Of a stretch of DNA of 64,000 nt, positions 30,796 to 39,027 are shown one piece after another (positions within the stretch are counted from its first letter, which is position 1; each line of letters starts with the position of its first letter). The notes beneath the pieces were generated by a model. The model had not been told where the DNA came from and made no database searches. It was given only the letters and a program-made list of their open reading frames with translations. A program made the translations under genes and the position numbers. The DNA comes from Candidatus Latescibacterota bacterium (GTDB lineage: Bacteria > Latescibacterota > UBA2968). The DNA lies in assembly GCA_965205975.1 (NCBI GenBank), contig OZ242195.1:1152001-1216000 (forward strand), written 5' to 3'.

Positions 30796-33180
30796 TTAAA
30801 ATCGCCGGACAACTCGAAAACCGTTGTAGTTGTCCCGGAAATCGGTGGAACTCCAGCTGCGAGACGCAAAACGCAAGTACCTCGGTTCGTAGCCCCACGA
30901 ACCACCACGCCTAACGCGCTTACCGCAGTCCCCAGACTCCCACGAAGAACCATCTACTGGGATGCCAACATAGCTATCATTCCAACAGTCCTGAACCCTC
31001 TCCCATACATTCCCGTGCATATCGTAAACGCCCCAACCATTCGCACGGAAACTTCCCACTGATACGGTCTTCCCTCTATCCACACCTTTACGACCCCCGC
31101 CGTAGATATAATCCCCATTGTAATTCGCCTGATCAGTCGATATTGTTGACCCAAAATAAAAGGGCGTATCCGTTCCCGCTCGTGCCACATACTCCCATTC
31201 TGACTCGCTCAGTAAGCTATACCGGTGACCCGTCTTTTCAGATAACCAACGCACATAAGACTGCGCATCCTTCCAACTCACACACACCACAGGGTGGCTA
31301 TCCGTCTGAGTATAATCAGGATTACGCCAACTTAGCCCGCTCTGAGCCTCCCATTTTTCGGAGGAACTATTCCAAACATGACAATTTCCCGCGTTGTACC
31401 CCGTATCTGAAACAAATTTGGAAAACTCTCTTCGCGTCACCTCATACACACCCACGGCCAGAGGATAACCTATATTCACGCGATGACGAGGCCCCTCATT
31501 GTCTTGACGGCCCTCCTCGCTACCGGGAGAACCCATCATGAACGATCCCGACGGCACCACCACCATCTCTGGACAGTCCGCACAGTCCTTGAATCGCCTC
31601 CCTACGCGCTGCTCTGTCGCTGACAAACGATCTGTTAGGGCCGACAACAAAGACCCAGGCGCATTCACCACACGCAGCGAATCCACATACCTATCTGCCA
31701 TAGCGACATTATTGCGGTTCATCGCTTCCTCAAACTTTCCCTCATATCTCGCAATCTTTGACTGACGAAGACGCTCTGCCTCCGCTGCTGCCTGACGATG
31801 TCGTGCTGCTTCCGCCTCTCGACGCTGACGATCGGCCTCTTGCGCCACAGACAAACGATCTGCCAGTTCCGACAACATCGGTGCATCCGCATAGACACTC
31901 TGGATACGAGACACATACCCTTCGGCCTCGGCAAAATCCTTACTACGCAACGATGCTTCAAATTTCGATACGTAACGATCAATTATACGATCCAGACCCG
32001 CACTCGCTATCTTGTGACCAGGCTCCAATGCCAATACCGCCTGATACTTCTCCCACGCGTTCGCACCAGCAGGACTCGTCAGACGATCTCGAGACATGTC
32101 CTCAGTAGCAGCAGACAACAGATCGGATATCTTTTTTTCACGTTCCTGCGCGACCTCTGCCTTTGCTGCTTCCTGCGCTTGACGACGCTGAGTGGGGAGA
32201 TACGCGTATTGATAATAAGACACGCCTCCGATCAACAAAGCCACTATGCAGAATATTGCTGCAAATAACTTGCCTCCGGACTTTTCTGATGATGGAGGTG
32301 GTGGAGGTGGTTCTTCATCTTCCAGCATAACACGCCATTCAGCAATACTTTGGGGGCGATCCTCCTCGTTTACCTGTAACGCACTATCTATCGCAGATAA
32401 AAATCCCGCACTCGCTTGACCCGCACAGCGCGCAGATACGGGAATCAAAGGATCATTTCGCATCCGATCTGTCGCATCATCTGGCACTTGACCAGTCAAT
32501 GCCTGGTAGCACACAGCCCCCAATGCATAAATATCTGTCCAGGGTCCCTGATCATCTCGCGTTGAATACTGCTCTATTGGTGCGTATCCCGGCGTGATGA
32601 TCGATGTAACCGAACGGCTCCTGGATCCTATTGCCTGACGTGCTGCACCAAAGTCCAGCAAGACGGGCGAATGGTCCTCGGCGCGGATGATGATATTGCC
32701 AGGCTTGATGTCTCGATGCAAAAAATCTGCTCTATGCACGACTTCCAGACCATCCAAAATTGGATACACAATGTCTTCGAGTTCGGCTTCGCTCAGCGTC
32801 CCTCTGCTTTGCAGAAATGATGATAAGGTCTCGCCCTCGGCGTATTCCATCACGATATACGCCGTGCCGTGTGCTTGGAAATAGCGATGTACTTTAATGA
32901 TGTGCCGATGATCAAACCGGGCTAAGGTACGCGCTTCGTCTAAGAAACGATCCAGGCCCCACTCAAAATCATCTCGAAACTGGCTCGCTTGCGGAGCGAC
33001 GCTGTTATCGCCTGTGCGTGTGGCTATATCAGAGGGCAAGTATTCCTTAATGGCAACGGCTTTGTCCAGATTGTGGTCAAAGCCGAGATAGGTCATGCCG
33101 AAGCCGCCGAATCCGAGCACGCGCACGAGTTCGTATTCCTGAAGCCGATAGCCCTGGGGCAGGGCATTGAGGGGGTGTGG
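30796..33180 (-). CDS. Hanks-type Ser/Thr kinase - TM - helical stalk - FGE/CLec domain; native start missing
   Basis: HPLNALPQGYRLQEY precedes GFGGFG, VAIKE, HRDIKPGN, DFG, GYAPIEQ; TM LFAAIFCIVALLIGGV; C-terminal FGE domain ending GFRVVRRF. Confidence 0.88.
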   Translation of the reverse strand, partial: PHPLNALPQGYRLQEYELVRVLGFGGFGMTYLGFDHNLDKAVAIKEYLPSDIATRTGDNSVAPQASQFRDDFEWGLDRFLDEARTLARFDHRHIIKVHRYFQAHGTAYIVMEYAEGETLSSFLQSRGTLSEAELEDIVYPILDGLEVVHRADFLHRDIKPGNIIIRAEDHSPVLLDFGAARQAIGSRSRSVTSIITPGYAPIEQYSTRDDQGPWTDIYALGAVCYQALTGQVPDDATDRMRNDPLIPVSARCAGQASAGFLSAIDSALQVNEEDRPQSIAEWRVMLEDEEPPPPPPSSEKSGGKLFAAIFCIVALLIGGVSYYQYAYLPTQRRQAQEAAKAEVAQEREKKISDLLSAATEDMSRDRLTSPAGANAWEKYQAVLALEPGHKIASAGLDRIIDRYVSKFEASLRSKDFAEAEGYVSRIQSVYADAPMLSELADRLSVAQEADRQRREAEAARHRQAAAEAERLRQSKIARYEGKFEEAMNRNNVAMADRYVDSLRVVNAPGSLLSALTDRLSATEQRVGRRFKDCADCPEMVVVPSGSFMMGSPGSEEGRQDNEGPRHRVNIGYPLAVGVYEVTRREFSKFVSDTGYNAGNCHVWNSSSEKWEAQSGLSWRNPDYTQTDSHPVVCVSWKDAQSYVRWLSEKTGHRYSLLSESEWEYVARAGTDTPFYFGSTISTDQANYNGDYIYGGGRKGVDRGKTVSVGSFRANGWGVYDMHGNVWERVQDCWNDSYVGIPVDGSSWESGDCGKRVRRGGSWGYEPRYLRFASRSWSSTDFRDNYNGFRVVRRF

Positions 33181-33812
33181 CGAAGAATCGTATTGCCGAT
33201 GCTAATATGACTCAGCGCGGGGAGTTCAGCCGGAGTGAGTACGGGCTCGTCGTTGAGGTAGGTCAGGTTGGTACCGCCGCCATGCTGCACATAAAATTTC
33301 CTGCCGCGGGGATCGTAGGTGACAATCGCATGTCCGCCACGCGAGATTTGGTTATCGCCAAAATTGAGTTTTACACGGGCGGTTTCCCCGCGCCCAATGG
33401 GATTGGAACCATAGCCCAATTGCAGGGCACGTCCTTTGCCCGGTCCTTCGACAATGGCCAACCAGCCAACAACGGGGTCATCCATGCCATCGGTTTTTTC
33501 CTCGCGTTCTTCCGCAGATTGCGGGCGATTTGAGCTGGTACGACCACCTGTATTTAGACGCGTGCGTTCTTCTTCATAGGAACCTGAGGCTCGTCCAGCA
33601 CCTCCCGGTGCTTTAGGCTGTTGTTCTATTGGCTTTGTGGGTTCCTCTAAACGTCCCCCTCCTGAGCCTTGACCGCCGCCCGGTGGCACTGGCGGTCTGT
33701 TCGCACCATCGGGTTGTGGTAGGGTATTCTTATCACGCTTGACATTTGGTGATGGCGTCGGTTTGGTTTTTTCTTCTACGATATTGCCATCGGGATCGCG
33801 GTAAACTGGCAT
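33093..33812 (-). CDS. FHA domain protein with disordered Pro/Gly-rich N-terminus; 3' end joined out of frame to kinase
   Basis: PVVGWL..GPGKG, IGRG, DNQISR, TNLTYLN; tail after ILR is the kinase N-terminus read in another frame. Confidence 0.85.
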   Translation of the reverse strand: MPVYRDPDGNIVEEKTKPTPSPNVKRDKNTLPQPDGANRPPVPPGGGQGSGGGRLEEPTKPIEQQPKAPGGAGRASGSYEEERTRLNTGGRTSSNRPQSAEEREEKTDGMDDPVVGWLAIVEGPGKGRALQLGYGSNPIGRGETARVKLNFGDNQISRGGHAIVTYDPRGRKFYVQHGGGTNLTYLNDEPVLTPAELPALSHISIGNTILRHTPSMPCPRAIGFRNTNSCACSDSAASA

Positions 33813-33824
33813 AACACTATCCTC

Positions 33825-34610
33825 CTATTTTTCATAAAGACGGTTGATTAAATTATCCAAACAGTATTGCCCCGATTGGTTCAGGGCCATTTCCTCTTTT
33901 TGCTGCACGATATGCAGAGCAAAAACCAACAGTGCCGATTGGATCAGAGCGAGTAAGGTCGTGTAAAACGCAACGCCCAATTGTCCGGTGATTTCTGCCA
34001 GCAAATTCGGGTCCTGAGTACTTGCGCCTCCCGCATACTTCAAAGCCAAAGCGATTCCCACAACTGTGCCAATAAAGCCGAGTGTGGGTATCAACCATAC
34101 GAGATACCGCAGCATGGTGTATTTGAGTTCAAGTTCGTGCTGGAATAACTCCAGAGAAGAATTTAATAGGGAATTGGTCTGGCTGACCGATCTGCTGCCC
34201 TGAAATTGCAAAATGCAGCGCATGGTTAAGCGCTGTAAAAAGAATGTCCGTTCTCCATCCACCGGGCGCATTCTCTTATAGAGAAGACCCAGGTCTTGCG
34301 CCCGCAACATGGTCGTTTCGTCTTCTGGCAGGTATTGCTTTGATAGTTGTGCCACTTCCAGATTGGATTGATGAAATCGCCCCCACAACTCGCCACAGCC
34401 AATGAAAAACATAAGCCACATGATGTTCTGGATAGTAAACGGGTAAGGAAAACTTTTCGTGTGGCGGTCAAGCAAGAAATCACCCAATAGTGTTGAATCG
34501 GAGCTTGTAAAAGCAATAGTCATTAACGCAATAGCGATAACGCCGATAACAGTACTGACGCCAAATGCGATGAGGCGTTGATTTGTCTCTGTATTTTGTC
34601 CTTGTGTCAT
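33825..34610 (-). CDS. MotA/TolQ/ExbB proton channel family protein
   Basis: IPTLGFIGTVVGI and LGVAFYTTLLAL TM motifs. Confidence 0.9.
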   Translation of the reverse strand: MTQGQNTETNQRLIAFGVSTVIGVIAIALMTIAFTSSDSTLLGDFLLDRHTKSFPYPFTIQNIMWLMFFIGCGELWGRFHQSNLEVAQLSKQYLPEDETTMLRAQDLGLLYKRMRPVDGERTFFLQRLTMRCILQFQGSRSVSQTNSLLNSSLELFQHELELKYTMLRYLVWLIPTLGFIGTVVGIALALKYAGGASTQDPNLLAEITGQLGVAFYTTLLALIQSALLVFALHIVQQKEEMALNQSGQYCLDNLINRLYEK

Positions 34611-34611
34611 A

Positions 34612-35010
34612 TTAGTCCTCGTTTTGAATGATTTCACCTGTTCCTTTTTTCCGACGCACCGGTCCTTCGGGTAAGTCGTCTTTTGGCAAAGGCGTTCTCT
34701 CTTCACCCGAATGGTCATCGCTTTTATTGTCATCATTTCCTCGAGCGACCATAGCGATGAGTTGGGGGGCTGTGGTCTGATAGCGACCGAGTAGAATCGC
34801 ATCCGTTGGGGCTATAAATTCCTGCCGGATGGGAATCCATTCGCCATTTCGCGCAACATAACTTCCGCCGCTGCTGTCGCTATCCGTCAGATAGTACTCT
34901 CCATTTGCAGTCACGACCAACTCGGCGTGGATGCGCGAGACTGTGGGATCGTCAAGGCGAATATCCATGTCCGAATTGCGACCGATTTTATACGTGGAAA
35001 AGTTAGACAT
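34612..35010 (-). CDS. Small FHA domain protein
   Basis: KIGRN, DPTVSRIHAEL, LTDSDSSGGSYV. Confidence 0.88.
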   Translation of the reverse strand: MSNFSTYKIGRNSDMDIRLDDPTVSRIHAELVVTANGEYYLTDSDSSGGSYVARNGEWIPIRQEFIAPTDAILLGRYQTTAPQLIAMVARGNDDNKSDDHSGEERTPLPKDDLPEGPVRRKKGTGEIIQNED

Positions 35011-35021
35011 TTTGAAATCCT

Positions 35022-35813
35022 CTACGGGTGTGTGATACGCATATTACCTTCGGTATCCACATTGATTGTCGCTACCAACTTTTTCTCACCCTCTGTGCTA
35101 AGCCGCGTCTGCCGGAGGGAGGTTTGGCCTTCCGGGGTCAGCACACCTCCCCGAATATTCACACCGCGGTTGGTGTTACTCTTATTCTTATAGTATTTGT
35201 AATAGACTTTGTAGGTGCCAGCCTCAGCTATGGGGTGTAGCCATATTTCATTGCCTGGACCGCTGGTATTATCTTCTTCCAGCTTTGCCTGAGAACCGGA
35301 AAATGAGGGCTGTTGGTAATAGAATTCCCGGCCAGCGGGATCAACTACGTGTAGATCAATATCATCGCTTGTGCGCCAACTCATAATGATTAATAGAAAT
35401 TTCTTCTTCGCGCGCTCTTCGCACGACTCAATTTGTGCCTCGAGATCCTGGTTACGACTTTCGCACTCGCCCAGGGCATTTTGCGGTACAGATCTCCGCT
35501 GTTGATCTTCACACGACGCGAGTTGTGATTCGAGTTGCTGGTTACGGCTTTCGCACGCACCCAAAGCATCTCGCGATACGGACGCTCGTTGTTGATCTTC
35601 ACACGCGCTCAATTCTCCTCTTACGGCTTGTAATTCATTCTGGACTTGCTCGATCTGTGCCCTGACTTCTGCCACTCGCTCTGCTGAATCGCCGGTATTT
35701 GGAAAGTAAGGAAACAGGACAAAAGCAATCAATATGAACGCGCCCATTGCCGAGGCGAATAGATCGAGTGCAGACATGCTGAAGATGTTCAGTTCTCGGT
35801 TGCGGGATTTCAT
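35022..35813 (-). CDS. Membrane-anchored protein: Asp-containing TM helix, Cys-bearing coiled coil, YfaP/DUF2135-like domain
   Basis: LNIFSMSALDLFASAMGAFILI; 30-aa repeat; SW..DIDLHVVDPAG..LEEDNTSGPGNE. Confidence 0.8.
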   Translation of the reverse strand: MKSRNRELNIFSMSALDLFASAMGAFILIAFVLFPYFPNTGDSAERVAEVRAQIEQVQNELQAVRGELSACEDQQRASVSRDALGACESRNQQLESQLASCEDQQRRSVPQNALGECESRNQDLEAQIESCEERAKKKFLLIIMSWRTSDDIDLHVVDPAGREFYYQQPSFSGSQAKLEEDNTSGPGNEIWLHPIAEAGTYKVYYKYYKNKSNTNRGVNIRGGVLTPEGQTSLRQTRLSTEGEKKLVATINVDTEGNMRITHP

Positions 35814-35827
35814 TGTGGGCACTCCTG

Positions 35828-37183
35828 TTAAAATTTTGAGACCATGACCTCCAGACCACCCAGCGCAATGGTAGCACCATAGTCTAACGGTTCTGGGCGA
35901 AATGGAGATAAGCGATGGCGATTCAAAAACGTCCCATTGCTTGAATTCAGATCTTCGATATAAAATTGATCATCATGGACTGTGATTCTCAGATGTCGTC
36001 GGGATACCTGTTCATCTGGGATGACTTCATCTACCAGATCGGGATGCCTGCCCAGTGAAACTCCCGATCGTTGCCCTGCTAATTTTTCTGGCGATAGCAC
36101 GATGTGAACGCGATTGCCATTATCGTCAAACCCGGCCAGTACCAGGCCATGTGTTGGGCGTTGGTTTTCTGATGGTTGTCTTTTTAATGGTTGTTGAACT
36201 GCGCCATCGCGTTCTCGCCTTCTGATAGGTCGGCTCATCTGTTCTGCGACGCGGATGATCTGCTGCCGGGGTTTTCTTAAGCCGAGCAACAGGGCTGCCA
36301 ATGTCAAACTGCCCAATAATATGCCCCAGATAAGCAATTGCTGGCTCGCTTCTTCTGCACGGCGTTTGGCTTCTTCTGCCTGACGCTTCGCTTCTTCTGC
36401 CTCTTGAAGTGCCTCTTCCGTTTTCTCAGTATTAGCACCATCAGACGGTAAGCACGGATCTTTCTCTGGTGGTTGAAGAATATTGTGATTCGGAAAAAGC
36501 TTTACCAATTCCTCTATATGAGACGACCAGTAAATACCCGCTGCGTGAGGTACTCGCGTTACCCCATCGGATGGGCTGGTAATCACGACGAGGGACGCTT
36601 GCGTATTCACGCCAATCACCCTCCCACAGTCATCTACCAGAGGGCCACCGCTGTTACCCGGATTCGTAGGCGCATTGTGTTGAATAATCCTGAACATTTG
36701 TCTGTGCCACGCGCCTGAGAAAATTCTGCCAATAACACCATCCTGCACAGTTGGATTACGAGCGGGGCTGTCGTCTCTATCGGCCCCACCCGGATAACCG
36801 ATAGCCCAGACCTTCTGTCCTGCTTTCAATGGCGCAAGTGAAAGTCTGATCGGCGGAAGGTTGATGCTCGGTGCCTGTACGATTGCCAGGTCGAGCTCAT
36901 CTGATCGGGCAATCACGTTGACATCGTACGCGGTCTTGGAATTTGTCGGGATTGCTTTGATCTCGTTGCCACCAGCAATAACGTGTACGTTGGTGGCGAT
37001 ATAACCCTGATTGTTGATCACAAAGCCAGTACCCGTACCAACTCCTTGATTTGTCCGCGTTACAATACGCACAACACTCTTCTCAAGAGCATCAAAGTCT
37101 GGCGCAGCGACTGCATCATGCCCGTAAAACATAAATGCGAGAAAAAGACCGGCAAGACGCCAATATTTGCATACCAGTTGCAT
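35828..37183 (-). CDS. Trypsin-like serine protease - stalk - TM - FHA
   Basis: Signal peptide, TNVHV, DLAIV, PGNSGGP; TM LLIWGILLGSLTLAALLLGL; LGRH..VSRRH..DLNSSNGT. Confidence 0.92.
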   Translation of the reverse strand: MQLVCKYWRLAGLFLAFMFYGHDAVAAPDFDALEKSVVRIVTRTNQGVGTGTGFVINNQGYIATNVHVIAGGNEIKAIPTNSKTAYDVNVIARSDELDLAIVQAPSINLPPIRLSLAPLKAGQKVWAIGYPGGADRDDSPARNPTVQDGVIGRIFSGAWHRQMFRIIQHNAPTNPGNSGGPLVDDCGRVIGVNTQASLVVITSPSDGVTRVPHAAGIYWSSHIEELVKLFPNHNILQPPEKDPCLPSDGANTEKTEEALQEAEEAKRQAEEAKRRAEEASQQLLIWGILLGSLTLAALLLGLRKPRQQIIRVAEQMSRPIRRRERDGAVQQPLKRQPSENQRPTHGLVLAGFDDNGNRVHIVLSPEKLAGQRSGVSLGRHPDLVDEVIPDEQVSRRHLRITVHDDQFYIEDLNSSNGTFLNRHRLSPFRPEPLDYGATIALGGLEVMVSKF

Positions 37184-37185
37184 TT

Positions 37186-38767
37186 TTACCCCGGAATCAG
37201 ACGCACTTGAAAGACAACAGGTCCCAATTCGAGTTGATCGTTGTTTTGCAACACCACCTGTTCGCGCGGGTTGAGTGGGGTTCCATTGATCCGGGTGCCA
37301 TTTGTGCTACCCAGATCCTCTGCACAGAGATTTCCGTCGGCATACAAAAGCCTGACGTGTTCACGGGATACGGATTCGTGGTCGATAATGAATTCCGAAT
37401 TGGCAGGGTTTCTTCCAAGTGTGGCACCAGAAGACAGGGCCAATGCCGGGATATTCAATACAAAGGGTTGGCCCGTGTTGTCTTGGCCTTCTAATAGACA
37501 TCGGAAAGGCGCGGGCTGCGGTGTCCGTGCTGCGGCTTGTCGCGCGGCTTCAGCTTCTTGTTCTACTTCACCTATTCGAGAGGATGCACCCTGCAATTGC
37601 GCCTTTTTGCTGCGTGCGAATACGAACCAGCCGAGGAGCAAAAGGATTATCAAGGACAGCCCCGGACAGGATTGCCCATTTCAAATGTTGCGATGTTTTT
37701 TCTTGCGCCTGTATGATACTATCCTGTATTGCCTTGCGTCTGGCGATACTATCCTCTATTGCTTTTTTAAGGGAATCCGTTTTTGCCTGTACCTGTCTTA
37801 AGCTATCTTCTCGTGCTTGTGATAAAGAATCTGTCTGTGCTTGTTGGGCTTTAAGTCGATCCTGTTCTGCTCTAAGACGGTTTTGTTCTGCTTTGAGACG
37901 GTCTTCTGTCTCCTGTGCTGCCTTTTTTATCGAATCTTCTCGTGCTTGTGTCAGGGAATCCGTTTTTGCCCGCGCCTGTCTTAAACTGTCTTCTCGTGCT
38001 CGTGTCAGGGAATCCGTTTTTGCCTGCGCCCGTCTTAAGCTGTCTTCCCGCGCTTGTGCGCGTTCAATCGCACTCAAGCAGGGTTGTTCTTCTACGGTAT
38101 GGGCAATTTCTCGATCTTTGAGCGCGGTGATGATATCGCCACTGCGCAAGGCAAAAACCGTTCCTCTGGGTTCCGGATTTCTCCGAAACGGCCAGCGAGT
38201 GCTTTCCGGGTTTGGGAGGTTGATGGCGATGACATCCCCACATTCATTGAACAGGGGCATACCGAATGCGTTGGATGTTACCAGGGCATTGTGTTGTAGC
38301 AGATGCACTACGAGATCGTCCGGGTTTTTGCCCGGTACGTCCTGGTATGCACCAATGGTGCCGCGGGCAATCTGGATACTATCCTGAGGTATCCATTTCA
38401 GAGTTTGCACGATCCGACCCACATCGGCCCCTTGTTCGGATAAGTTGAGGGGCGGTAGGCCCAGCCCCTGCGCTTGCAATAAGGCGAGGTTCATTTCCCG
38501 ACTGGCAAAGATCTGCTGTGCAGTTAGTTCGGCACCGGTCTTCAGGGCCAATACAGCAAATCTGTCTGCATCCGATAGAAGGTGCGCATTTGTCAACACA
38601 TATCCCTCTGCATTGACGACAAAGCCGCTCCCTTCGGCTATTATTTTGTTATTTTTGTACGCACGTACCCGCACAATACTTTCAGATACGACATCAATAT
38701 CTATTTCGGCAAATACAGGGCTGACGAATAAGAGTGATACGAAATACACAAGTATAGAAACGCGCAT
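37186..38767 (-). CDS. Inactive trypsin-like domain - 18-aa repeat stalk - TM - FHA; 1-nt frameshift at C4 run 37660-37663
   Basis: TNAHL, NLALL, SNAFGMP; removing one base gives WAILSGLSLIILLLLGW TM and joins FHA (LGRN..VSREH..DLGSTNGT), about 526 aa. Confidence 0.85.
37710..38056. repeat. 54-bp intragenic repeats encoding AREDSL..A.AKTDSL
   Basis: AREDS codons recur at about 38040, 37986, 37932 (54-bp spacing) and 37802. Confidence 0.85.
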
Positions 38768-39027
38768 GATCATCTCCTCTACTATGGAGTTACCCGTTTT
38801 GTGGGAAAACGTGTGTGGCAGCCAATTGTATCCATGTTGAATTCAAAATATGCTCGCTTTAAAAAAAGGCCAAAAGGAATTTTATATGGCTACTTACTCG
38901 CCGTTTACCTTCTGTCGCATTATTTTGTTTTTTATGCTGTTGCGTATCTCAGGGTCTAACACTATCTTGTGGGGCGATTTGTTTGTCTCATTGAATTCTG
39001 CACGGAGTTCTGGTCGGAAGGGTTGCT

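Noticed and set aside
28488..33126. FGE domains as sulfatase-maturing enzymes for the five sulfatases
   Set aside because: Both lack the Cys pair after RGGS and are fused to TPR-like or kinase domains
33825..35813. Zorya ZorAB, flagellar MotAB or ExbBD/TolQR
   Set aside because: No long ZorA tail, no OmpA-like or ExbD domain in the partner, and no zorC/D/E, tonB, tol or flagellar neighbours
37419..38387. 322-aa plus-strand ORF and other long antisense ORFs (e.g. 712-1770, 12983-13762, 47760-48605)
   Set aside because: Shadows of well-supported genes on the opposite strand, with no recognisable motifs
23599..38767. Complete DGR, prophage, ICE or integron
   Set aside because: No reverse transcriptase, AAC-rich template, integrase, transposase or phage genes seen
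30796..38767. T6SS PpkA/Fha regulatory cluster
   Set aside because: No T6SS structural genes in or near the operon within this window
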